Source: Fistulifera solaris
Lineage: Eukaryota
DNA length: 64,000 nucleotides
Assembly (NCBI GenBank): GCA_030295235.1
Contig: AP026136.1
Location: 744,001-808,000 of the forward strand
Direction of reading: 5' to 3'
Made by a program: the position numbers and the translations under genes. The notes beneath the pieces are model-generated. The model searched no databases, had not been told where the DNA came from, and saw only the letters and a list, made by a program, of their open reading frames with translations. Within the stretch, counting starts at the first letter, position 1. Each line of letters begins with the position of its first letter. This document shows positions 51,850 through 62,818 of the stretch, in pieces.

Positions 51850-52917
51850 ATGGTGCGATATTCTCTTGCTTTCTCTCTGATCGCATCATGCTTTACAACT
51901 GCCTTGCAATGTTCCGCTGTGAGGGCTATTTCGTCGTCAACTTCCATGTCGGCTTTGCCCGAAGTCGGCGAACTGTTTGAAGAAACGGGCTTTTATCAGT
52001 CCATCCGGTTGTTCGACGAGCCGCCGTTGTTTACCAAGCAAAGTGCATTTCAACGTATTGAAGTCGTGCGTAGTCCGTATTACGGCAAAGTTTTGGTATT
52101 AGATGGAGTACTGCAATTAACGGAGAGAGATGCGAATGCTTACAATGAAATGATGGCCCACTTGCCCATGTTTCAACATCGATTACCGAAGCGTGTTTTG
52201 GTTATCGGTGGAGGCGACGGTTACGTATTATCGGAAGTGCTCAAGCACGAGTCTGTTCTTTCGGTAGATCACGTTGACTTGGACGTCGAAGTCATTGAAA
52301 CATGTCGGAAGTTCTTTTCGTGGGGCGATGCTTGGAAGGACCCTCGCGTGACACTGCACATTGCCGATGGAGCCGAATTTGTAAGAAATGCCCCCACGGG
52401 ATACTATGATGTGATTGTACAAGATTCATCCGATCCATGGGGATGGGATGAAAGTGGTAATATGGTAGAGTTGCCCTCGAAGGTCCTCTATGCCAGAGAA
52501 CATTTTGAGAATTTGTATCGAATACTGGGTCAAGATGGCATTTTGAACATTCAAGCAGAGACGTTGCAAATTCCCTCCGATTTTGCTGGTGCCACGGAAT
52601 GGAGGCAAACGCTGTTAGATGTTGGATTCAGTTCCTCTCGGTATGGATCCATTCTCATCAGTTCCTATCCCACAGGCCAGATTGGATTCCTCATGTCCGA
52701 AAAGAATCCGGACGTATCCACATCACCTAGAGATATTCAACAACGGTTTACTGCACTGAAAATGGTTGGTAAGCCCACATCTTACTATCATCCTAGATTG
52801 CAAGTCGGTGCATTCGATCTGCCCTACTGGGCCGAGCAACAAATGTACGGTGACGAAACGATCAAGTCAGTGTGTGACAATCCTAGTCACCAACACGATG
52901 AAATCGCCGACCAGTAA
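51850..52917 (+). CDS. Spermidine synthase-family aminopropyltransferase with N-terminal signal peptide
   Basis: 'GKVLVLDGVLQLTERD..AYNEMMAH', 'VLVIGGGDG', 'VIVQDSSDP', 'SYPTGQIGF'. Hydrophobic leader MVRYSLAFSLIASCFTTALQCSA. Confidence 0.92.
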   Translation: MVRYSLAFSLIASCFTTALQCSAVRAISSSTSMSALPEVGELFEETGFYQSIRLFDEPPLFTKQSAFQRIEVVRSPYYGKVLVLDGVLQLTERDANAYNEMMAHLPMFQHRLPKRVLVIGGGDGYVLSEVLKHESVLSVDHVDLDVEVIETCRKFFSWGDAWKDPRVTLHIADGAEFVRNAPTGYYDVIVQDSSDPWGWDESGNMVELPSKVLYAREHFENLYRILGQDGILNIQAETLQIPSDFAGATEWRQTLLDVGFSSSRYGSILISSYPTGQIGFLMSEKNPDVSTSPRDIQQRFTALKMVGKPTSYYHPRLQVGAFDLPYWAEQQMYGDETIKSVCDNPSHQHDEIADQ

Positions 52918-53075
52918 CAATTTAGAAGAAATTATCATAATAGAGACGAATTATTTTCGCTAAGTGGATCTTCAATGATTATCACTTGTACTCTAGTGTA
53001 ATGGAGCATTTTATGAAACTATGAAAATCTTGAGTGAAACACGCAGATACGTTAGACGAACATAGTATTCAATTA

Positions 53076-53891
53076 TTATAATTCAATACCAAACAACTTG
53101 AAGACTTGATTGGCAATTAGGAAGTACGACATGAGGCCACTGACATCCACAAAACTGGTCATCGCGGGAGCAGCAATGACCGAGGGGTCTAAGCCCAAAG
53201 CGACACAAGCAAAAGGAATGATGGATCCCAATGTCGCCGCAATCGCCGACACGAGAGGAATGGTCAATGCTATTACTGTAGATACATGTTTCGATATTCC
53301 CATACCGAAATGCGCCACAGGACCCACCCACATGCCGAGAATCGTCCCAGCCATAAGTCCCGATAGGGCTTCTTTCGTTACGACGACGGGTGCATTCCTT
53401 ACGGAGATAGACCCAGCCGATAATGCCGAAAGGACGGTTCCGACGGTTTGTCCTCCTGTGTTGCCTCCATGACCCGCCAGGAGTGGAACAAAATACGCCA
53501 ATTCTATTTGGCGTTCCAGGGTGTGCTCAAAGCCATTCATAATCACGGCTGTGAAGGATAAAGAGACCAGGAAAATACTCAACCACCCGACACGTTTGAA
53601 AGCAATTGCGTAAAATGGTTTTTTCAAATAGGTAGCGATATCTTCAATCGATTCTTCTCCTCCTCCTCCGTGTGCTCCGTGCGATGGAGTCGATGCGCGT
53701 TTGGTTCCCTTGAGCTGGCTTTTGAGATTGCTGATTTCCTCCTTTTGTCGATTTATTGTTTCTTTGAGTTCCCGAAGAACGGATGCATCATTCTTTGTCA
53801 TTATTATTGACTCAATATTCTTGAGAGCCAAAGATGGATTGTTGGAAACGAGAAACGCAAAAGCGGAAAGGATCTTGACGAATCGCAGCAT
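53076..53891 (-). CDS. mgtE: MgtE-family divalent cation transporter (membrane domain only)
   Basis: 'RVGWL', 'FVPLLAGHGGNTGGQT', 'LDPSVIAAPAMTSFVD'. Signal-peptide-like leader and a short coiled coil instead of CBS domains. Confidence 0.88.
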   Translation of the reverse strand: MLRFVKILSAFAFLVSNNPSLALKNIESIIMTKNDASVLRELKETINRQKEEISNLKSQLKGTKRASTPSHGAHGGGGEESIEDIATYLKKPFYAIAFKRVGWLSIFLVSLSFTAVIMNGFEHTLERQIELAYFVPLLAGHGGNTGGQTVGTVLSALSAGSISVRNAPVVVTKEALSGLMAGTILGMWVGPVAHFGMGISKHVSTVIALTIPLVSAIAATLGSIIPFACVALGLDPSVIAAPAMTSFVDVSGLMSYFLIANQVFKLFGIEL

Positions 53892-54331
53892 GCGACGAAA
53901 AAATGTGCTCTGATACGAAAACGTAGCCAGCGTTTGACTTGTAGATGTAGGTGGTGAACGTTCAGATTGCTGTTTGCGAAGTGCTTGTAAAGATGAAGAA
54001 TAGACTCCAACGTTAGAGGATATGCCGACCGGAGTTTTTAAAAATAATAATGTTGTTGTGGGTTGTGGGTGTTGTTGTGTTGTTGCGGTTTTGGTACTGT
54101 ACCAGGTACAAGTTTCCACTTCTTTCGATCCGATTGGCGGCGTCACGTACGTCACCAAACGTGAATCACCGATCACGACATTTACGAACTAAGGTTATAC
54201 AGCGTAAAACAAGAGAAACTGTCCATCCCAACATTGACAAGAATAGAAAACATATTCATTCATTTTATACAGACATCATTCGTTTACCAATTAATCAATA
54301 AACAACTGATTTCATTCATTCATATATAGAA

Positions 54332-55496
54332 TTATGCGAGCGATAAATCGTGGTCATAATCATCAAAACCGTCGGTAGAAACCAACGTGTGCGTATGATG
54401 CGCTTTACTGCGACTACCACAACACAAGAGGCAAGGATAACACAGCGTACGAAAGAACGCCACCGACCATCGACACAATCGGGCACAGAATCCGTCGGGA
54501 TTTTCGACCATTTGTTGCGCGACCAATATCAAGAGTGTCACGCACACTACGGCAAAGACCAACGTCGCGATGCGAACGTACGGATCTTCTACAAACTCTT
54601 CGGCCTCTTTTTCCAATGCGTGATTCTTCGAGTCAGAAGATGATTTGGATACTTTTTTTAGTGAAGTGGTCGGACTGGCCGTGGCGTGATGAGAAAATGT
54701 ATCATCCTTGCCCCACATATCATATTCGTCTGGTTTAGAGCCGTCTCTACCATCGAAAGTAGGTCGTTCGGTACGGGGGTGTTTTTTTCTTGATGGGTGA
54801 CTGTGTGGGACTTTGCGACGGGGACGGAGTTTGGTGTTTTCTCTGAATGGGTGATTGCGTGGGACTGTGTGATGGAGACGGTGTTTCCAGAATTCTCGTC
54901 ATTGTTGGCGCCGGAGAAGGACGCGCTGTTGCGACAATCCATGATTTTGTGGGTCTCAATGTGGGAGAAGCGGTTTCTGTCACAATTGATTGTATGGGCG
55001 TCGGTGAGGGAGGAGACGTTTCAACTACATTTTGTTGTGTCGGGGTGTGGGTCGGTGGAGATGTCTCAGCTACAGGTGACTGCGTTGGTGCCGGCGTGGA
55101 CTCGAACGTTTCATCGATAAATGACTTCGTGGGAGCCGGTGTGGGAGGCACTGGTGCTTCCACGGGTCCGGGAGTTGGGGGATACTCTTCTATGATCAAA
55201 TCATCACCGAAAAAGGAATCATCTTCTTCAACTAAGTTGTCGTCTGTGGCGTTTAATGAGTCCTCTTCGAACAATTTTGCCGGATCATCCTCTTCATAAA
55301 TAGTTTCCGGATCTACGTCTTGTTCATTCGCGTAAGATAATTCTCCACTTTCTGTGTCTAACGGTGTATCTAAGACGAGCTGCACTTGCCGTAGATTTTG
55401 ACTGATCCGCCTCCGATCGGAATAACCGTAAGCATAAATGGCATTACTCGAAATCAGAGCGATCAGAAATGTTATTAACGCTTGCAATCGTTTCAT
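54332..55496 (-). CDS. Single-pass membrane protein B, SAP-like, with acidic and Pro/Thr/Ser-repeat ectodomain
   Basis: Signal peptide MKRLQALITFLIALISSNAIYA, basic 'RRRISQNLRQ', D/E-rich tract, repeated ETSPP/SPTQSP units. Indel at ~54782-54788. TM then 'QQMVENPDGFCARLCRWSV' and 'CYPCLLCC'. Confidence 0.72.
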
Positions 55497-55982
55497 GATT
55501 ATATTGCTGTGAAGATAATCGATACGAAGTAGCACAAAAAAATGATTACTTGTATCTCTGTTGGGTCGACATTTGCAGTTGTGACTTTGGCTATGGTTGT
55601 TTGGCGTTTGGCAACCGTGTTTTTTTTTCGTCCGTGGTTTTGCCGGACAGGAAAATTCGAACGAAGCGTGCCAGCCTTGTACTGTTGAAGGCAGAGTCAT
55701 CTTTGAATGGCTATGGTCATGGAGGTGACGTCATAAATCGTCTTTGCTACTTGCTTAGCCTTGAGAAAAAAATGCTATGGAAGTATAGCGTGTATAACTG
55801 GTCAAACGAGAGAAATGAGAGATTGATCACAAAAACTAAGCTTTCGCAAACCTAAGGAACAGTATTTTCGAAGGAAGAAGAAGCCTCACTCATGTCAACC
55901 AAACAAATGCTTAGCGATACAGTGACTGGACTAGGACGCGATTCTAGAAATTCTTGGCATCAGAGTTTTTGGTTTATCATTT

Positions 55983-56956
55983 TTAGTTTCCAGTAGTCAT
56001 CAATTTGAATTGCTTCACCACAACACTGCTATCTTTCAAAAAACCCTTGACTTTTGGGTTCGATTCCTCGATCATATGGGCTTGCTCCAAAAGACAAAAT
56101 TGCTCGTAATACTTGTGCAGCCGACCATTCACAATCTTCTCCAGAATCTCGGGTGGCTTGTCCGAGTCACCCATTTGGTTGCGTAAGATATCTTTTTCTT
56201 TGGTAAGCTCGTCCTGGGGAATATCATCACTGCTCAAATAGGTGGGACGAGCTGCCACAACATGCATCGCCAAACGCTTGCCGATTTCTTGTAGCTTTTC
56301 CCGCGAAACGCTTCCGGGCTTACTGGGCGCCACTTCGACAACAGCCGCCGCGAACCCAGCATCTTTCCCATCAACACGGTTGTGAACATATCCAACAAAT
56401 ATTCCTTCCGCTTCGGTCGCTTCGAACTTGATGGCCTGTTTGACCGAAATATTCTCTCGGATGGCCACGACCGCTTCGTCCAGCAATCGCTTGACACTTT
56501 CACCCCCACTTTCGGCTTCGAACATATCTTCGGAAGAGGCACCGATGGACAGTGTTCCCGTGGCATCGGCCACTTTGGTCACAAAATCGACAAACCGAGC
56601 GGAAAGGGCCGCAAAATCGGTTTCACACGCCACTTGCACCAACGATGCGGATTTTCCATCCGGAGCTACTTGCAACCCAATCAGTCCTTGTGTCGTCTCT
56701 CTTCCTTGTACTTTCGAAGTAGCTTTGGCGGCTCCGTGCTCACGCAACCAATCCAGGGCCGATGGCACCTGGCCATCGGTGCTTTGCAAGGCCTTTTGCA
56801 TTCCACAATCGGGGCACCCGTTAAGGTCCTTAACTCTTTCAGTGCTTCCATCGAGAAACCGGCCGAAAAGTTACAACGCTGTTGAAATCGATACAGCGAT
56901 TTAGTTCGTGATGCGTAGCGTAGGAGGATAGACGAACATCGTTGCGTGGTTGACAT
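55983..56956 (-). CDS. TSFM: Mitochondrial translation elongation factor Ts
   Basis: Presequence; 'LKELRTLTGAPIVEC', 'ALDWLREHG', 'CETDF', 'RLAMHVVAARP', 'EKIVNGRL'. Indel at ~56797. Confidence 0.94.
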
Positions 56957-57474
56957 GTTTTCCCTGTGAAGTTCCACGTAAAATGAGCAGCTATCAAATA
57001 ACACTTGTTGTTGTGGCTCGGGTTTTCGCCGTGCAAGAAAAAAGGCAACTGATGTGAATAAGAAGACGAAGGAATGAATCGACGATGCGTGATGATGACG
57101 AGGAACGAGGGATTTTTGTGGCTCTCGCGCCTTTTGCGACGCAAACGGTCGCCTCGTGACTAAAATACAGTCATGAAGGGATTCGGTATACATTTTGAGG
57201 TATAGTTCAAAGACCAACGGTCATCAACGGCGAAAACCTTGCTCTAGTACCGATCCGTTGAAGAGTGGGACTATGGTAGAAGCTTCTCCAGTCGATCGCT
57301 ACTCTCTAGTTAGAGAGAGAGGAGTGAGAGATGACAGGGGCAACTTTCCTCAAACGACAAAACGACCATCATTCCTTATCACAACAAACTTGAAGTAATA
57401 CATCACAACAATCAATCCAAAGCCGGCGTCGATTCATCGCGTTGCACACTTAGTAAACGTCTGCCGCAAGCGAA

Positions 57475-59449
57475 ATGGAGGAAGCCCGGAAGAATGCTGT
57501 CCATTTGGACCGTTCTATCAAAAAGCTTGGTGGCCTTCCGAAGGAGCTTCCCAATGATGCACTGCAAATACCCGATGAAGAATTGGCGTTTTATTATCAT
57601 TCGAGTACCGAGCACGGTGACGACAACATTTGGGGACTACTCAGTGGCGTGGGTGGCAACATTTACGAATGGTAAGTTTTGCCTTGGATGATTTCCACAA
57701 TCCTAGAAGCGAGTGATGTTCGAAACAATGCTTGATAGTAATTCCATAGCATGCCGTGTGTGTGCCATGCCGAAAAATTTGGAAAATGTTTGTGACGCTT
57801 TCGTTTGTTAAATCTGCCTATTTGAGAATGATAAAAACCGAGAGTCTTACCTGGGGAGTCTTTTTTGGGCAGGTATGACTTTGCAGTATTTGGACTTTTA
57901 GCACCCGAAATCGGGTCAGCCTTCTTCCCAGAATCGTCCAAGAAGTTGCAATTAATAAGCTCATTCAGTGTTTATCTCGCTGCTTTCTTAATGAGACCCG
58001 CTGGAGCTATTTTGTTTGGTGAAATGGGAGACCGCATTGTCGGTCGAAGGCACGCTCTCATCTTTTCGATTCTGTTGATTACCATTCCTTCCATATTAAT
58101 GGGTTGTTTGCCCACTTACGAGACGTGGGGAGCTTTTGCGGCTTTTCTACTCATTATTCTGCGTATGCTCCAAGGCTTGAGTGTTGGTGGACAGCTAGCG
58201 GGGAGCTATGTTTTGAGTATTGAGCAGAGCTCAGCGAAAACGAGAGGGTTTCGCGGAAGTATTTGCGACGCAAGTTCGGTACGTATTTTATCTTGACAAT
58301 CACTTTCAGTTTTAATGGCGCCTCACATTTAATGTTAGGTTGGAGGATTTCTTTTGGCTTCAGCTGTCACAACTGTAACGCGATCCGTATTAACAGAGGA
58401 TCAAGTGAATCGATGGGGTTGGCGGGTGCCATTTTTGTTTTCTCTTTACTTGCCCCTCTATTATACGCGACCGTCAGTAGGGCCGAGGAATCAAAGTTGT
58501 GGTCCGAACGAATCGAACAGAAAAGTACAGTGGCTACCGTACCCGAAAAGGAACAGACTCCTGCTGTAGTGGACTTATTCAGCTCGCCTTTTCGTCGGAG
58601 ACAGCTTGCAGGAATGATTGGCGTCCTGAGTGCTGTCACCAGCTCATTTTACACTATCTTTCTTTGGACTCCTGTCTATCTGTCCGAACTCAGGGGCGTG
58701 ATGAAGGAACAAGCGGCTGACCTAATCAACTTCTGCGTGGTGTCCCTTTACATTTGTTTTCTTCTCGCTGCGGGAAAGCTTTCCGACAAGTTTCCTCATC
58801 GCATGGATCTTATTCGAATCGGTCTTCCAGCTTTAATTGTCACTGCACCTACTATGTTTGGTGTGTTTGAATGCGAAAGCTGGGTCGGATATCTTTGGCG
58901 CAGCTTCAATTTTGTTTCTGCTTGTCACTGATACAAGGCTCCATGGCTGCTTGGGAGGTCGAGCTGTGGATGTCGGACCCAACTCTATCTTTTACTGGTG
59001 TTGCGATTGGTCATAACATAGCAGCGACACTATTTGGTGGAACCATGCCCCTTGTAGCTACGTTTCTTTATTACGTCGGCGAGGATATCCTAGACTCAAG
59101 TTCGGATGATGTGGTATGGCCCAGGATGCTTCCTGGTCTCTATATTTCAGTTTTGGGCTGCATTTCCTTCTACTGCATCAGTTATGTTGTACGGCATCCT
59201 CATGATTTACGAGGTGATTCGAAACTTCAAGAGGCTGTCAAGAGGAAAATGGACGAAGCGCAAATAGAGAAAAAACGAACAGAGGCACGAGCTTGGAGAC
59301 AGCTCCTGCTCCAATACAAACAATTATCTTCCTCCTATCATTTGAGTATGTTTCGCACATGCCAAACTTCTATGACTACACGGAAAACTTTTGCGAGATT
59401 GAGATTGGTTATGCACTCTTACTCATCTTTGCGAGCGCGAATCGGATAA
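57475..59449 (+). CDS. MFS transporter, ProP/metabolite:H+ symporter-like (proline/glycine betaine transporter family)
   Basis: 'GNIYEW|YDFAVFG', 'AFLMRPAGAILFGEMGDR', 'LRMLQGLSVGG', 'WGWRVPFL', 'LFGGTMPLVAT'. Introns 57672-57872 and 58279-58338. Indels at ~58440, ~58895 and possibly ~59272, so the stop position is uncertain (could be ~59345). Confidence 0.88.
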
Positions 59450-59523
59450 CTTATCACTTATCAGTTTCATAATTTACAAATCAAATAACAATTGCAGCTA
59501 ACCCCTTAAATTGATCTCATACC

Positions 59524-61304
59524 TTAGATGTTCAAATACCAACTACGCATTATTTCCGGTGGGGGAGGGTCTGCAGAAGCAAATGGACCTTGAGATGGCC
59601 AGCCATTACCCTCAGAGTACATATTTTCAAGCTCATTTGCCGGGTCGAACAGCTGAGCAAAGTCCAGGTCCATATCATCTGCATTTGCACCTGCGTCCAT
59701 CATACTCCAATTGATACTGTCCAATTCAATAGTAGCCGAAGTCTGTGGAGCGTCCGCAGAAACGAGAGGAGGAGGTGGATGCAGTCCTTGCGACAAACGA
59801 CCGGCAACCGTAGCACTTTCTGCAACCATGCCAGCAGCAGCTAGGGAGCTCGCTTGACGATCTCGTTCGGATAGGTCCTCGGGTGGACGGTAAAGACCAG
59901 GCATCGCCGACAAAGCTGAAGTGGATTTCGACTGAGGTGCTGAACTCCCCATCAGCATCGACAACCCCGTCGGAGGTGCAATATTAGAACTTCTTTGGTT
60001 AGTAGACATTGATCGAAAATCCGTGTGCAAATCAGCAGGTGGCTCACTTATGGACGCAGGTCTGTCGAAATCGGTCAGAAGAGAAAGTAATTAAAGGAAA
60101 TAAATGACAAACTCGGTACTAACCTTCCAAGTAATGATGGCATTCTCGTCGGTGCACTTTGAGATAACACTGGGCCATCCAAGGAAAAACTACCGGGACT
60201 AGACTCAGGATTTAAAAGAGGGGATGAGATGGAACCACTTCGCCCACGCATTTGAGGCGAGGCACCCTTTGCTTTGTTCGCTTCATTTGTAAACATCGAT
60301 CAGGATGATCGCGATGAAATAGCTCGTGTCGGTAAGCTCCTGCGTCTTGCCCTTTGTTATCCTTCGAAATCCATACCTGCAAAACAAGACACGATGTGAG
60401 GCCGATTACTCGAACCACGGAACAACACATGCCGAAAACAAGTAATTGTCGGGTCTTACAAATTGAGCTGCCTCTGAAAGGATGTCAGCTTGGTATGTCT
60501 AAAGTACCGCTGCAGGATATCATTCACAAAGCGCTCCGGATCGCGAACAACGAAGCCATCACCGCTGGGCAAAAATGCTACCACGCTTTGATCTTCTTTG
60601 TTGAGCATGTCCATGAGCTTACGTGGAAAAGGATTTGACCCGGAACTACCCAGAGCCGGAGAAGAGGTCGTCGAGTTGGTTGGGGAATCTTGGTATGTGC
60701 TGGCAGAAGAGGATGCTCGACGAAGTCTCCGCGTTACCGGAGAATTTTCCACTAAAGAGCCCTCACTGTTTCTACTTCTCAAAAGAGACGCATTCGGCAA
60801 GACTCCTGTGATCGGGTTAAGAGCAATTACACCAGCAGCACCACTGCCCGCTGGAAGCATGACAGCCCCCTGTGTTTGAACTGAAGTCACTACTGGCTGC
60901 ATCGGTTGCTCACGGTGTTTCTCTTCATCGTTATTATGGTTGTTAGCCATTTCAAAATTTTTCCTCAGTGAAGATTGTTGTCTTGCCTTTTCCTGAGCAG
61001 CGCGGAAACCCGCCAAGTACATAGCTCGTAATTGCGCCTCTCTATCCGCATCACCCGCTGGAACTGCCCCAGATGTCACTCTCGATTCTGACTGAATGGA
61101 AGCGAGCGCGGCATCCATTGAATCACGTAGAGCCGAGAAATCCATCGTGTCATTTGGTGAGGACGCTAAATTGTCGGTATCATCCACAGATTGATCCGAA
61201 TTTGACCTTGCTGTCGGGTCTGGCACAGAAAATTGCCCGGTCACAGGTCTGGTTGCATCATTGTTTCCATTGCTGTAAGTGATGCTCGAATGTTGATGAT
61301 TCAT
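59524..61304 (-). CDS. Heat shock factor (HSF) family transcription factor
   Basis: HSF DBD 'FPRKLMDML...[23 protein letters not shown]...GAYRHELF'. Introns 60377-60459 and 60062-60123. Indels at ~60351 and ~60268. Confidence 0.92.
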
Positions 61305-62162
61305 TTTGCCTGTTCAACGAACTTGGAAGCTCCCCGAGACAAAAAGACCCTTGCTTTGCGTGCAGAAAAATTAAAGATGTAGATTGATGAGCAGCGGTAG
61401 AACAATAATCACCTAGCTCAAATATGAAAGCGAGAAGCCGTCTTTGTTTTTTGTGCCGTAACTCCCGTAAAATTTTCCCTATGAACGTTTCTTTTCGCTA
61501 ATTGTTTACCCGACACCGTAAATCGACGCTTATGAAGAGTGAACTTGCTTTTTGTTGATACGAATTTAATTGACAGGACTGATGGACTTGACGCTGGAAG
61601 ATGTCATCGTTGTTAACGCACAACAAAACAAAAAAACCATTGCTCCGTAGCCGCAGTACAAATTGCTACGGCGCAATGGTTCGACAAAGCGGACGACAAA
61701 CGACAAAGGGGGGAAAGGTGCGTTTAGTTTTTTCGCTACAATTGGAGCGATAGTGGAAGCGCAATCACACGCCGGCCTAGTAGCTCTACAATGTTATGTA
61801 CTTGCTTTTCCGTTGATGCACTTAAAAAGGCGGGAATCGGATACGCTGGCGTGCATTTTGTACGTTGCGCGGTCATTTCTAAGAAAATGTCATCATTTTT
61901 GTTTACTATCTCGTAGAGTGTTTTGTCTATTCCGTCCTCAAGAGGCATTGAAAGTTGACGACATGTTAGTGAATGAATCATCATTAATCACCGTAACGAG
62001 TGCTTTACTCAATACCACTGTACTAAACGAAACCTCTCCGTCGGCCGCTTGTCCGCTTTTTCACCGTTTGTTTCTCGCATTCGAAGAACCCACGCAATTG
62101 CTTGGTGTGAGAGTCAATTCATTTGCTAATTGAAATTCATTGAAACATCGTAACACATCAAC

Positions 62163-62679
62163 ATGTCTGAGGAAGAAGTCGCTGCCGCCCCCGAGGTTGT
62201 CGAAGAAGTCGAATTGAGCGTTTTGGATGCACTCAAGCAGGTAAGAAAGATATGATACAGTGACTCCCGACAGGGGGGATGACCTGCTATCGTTTACTCA
62301 CGTACATCATTCCTTCATTAATTAGGTCCTTCAAAAGTCCATGATCCATGGTGGATTGAAGAAGGGTCTTCACGAGTGCGCCAAAGCCCTCGACCGTCGT
62401 GCCGCCCGTCTCTGCTGCTTGGCCAAGGACTGCGAAAACGACGAGTACAAGAAGTTGATCAAGGCATTGTGTGCCGAGGGCGAGGTCCACGTTATCATGG
62501 TTGAAAGTGGCAAAGACTTGGGCGCTTACTGCGGTCTTGCTAAACTCAACGAAGACGGCACTATCAAGAAGGCTGTACGAACGTCGTGCGCTGTTGTCAC
62601 CGATTTCGGTGAAGAGACACGCGCCTTGAGCGTCCTTTTGGACTTCTTGCAAAAGCACGCCGACGGTGCTGAGATCTAA
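62163..62679 (+). CDS. RPS12: 40S ribosomal protein S12 (eS12)
   Basis: Exon 1 62163-62240, intron 62241-62325, then 'VLQKSMIHGGLKKGLHECAKALD...SCAVVTDFGEE'. Confidence 0.96.
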
Positions 62680-62818
62680 AATGTAATGATAGATACACTA
62701 CGTTTTATCTTTTCGTAGCAAGTTTCTTACTGAAACTCTTTCGCTTGGTATATCTCTGAATTCAATCTAAGGTTAGCATATGTACAAGTTTAGCAGCCAA
62801 GGATTGATTTGTAATACG

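Noticed and set aside
54780..55180. CRISPR array or transposon-derived repeat
   Set aside because: The repeats are degenerate in-frame Pro/Thr/Ser coding units of a membrane protein.
51751..55733. Shared TGACGT sites upstream of the cluster genes (51751, 54149, 55726) as proof of co-regulation
   Set aside because: A 6-mer on either strand is expected about every 2 kb by chance, so it is not significant on its own.
61663..62133. 156-aa ORF upstream of RPS12
   Set aside because: Non-ATG start, no motif, lies in the divergent HSF/RPS12 promoter region.
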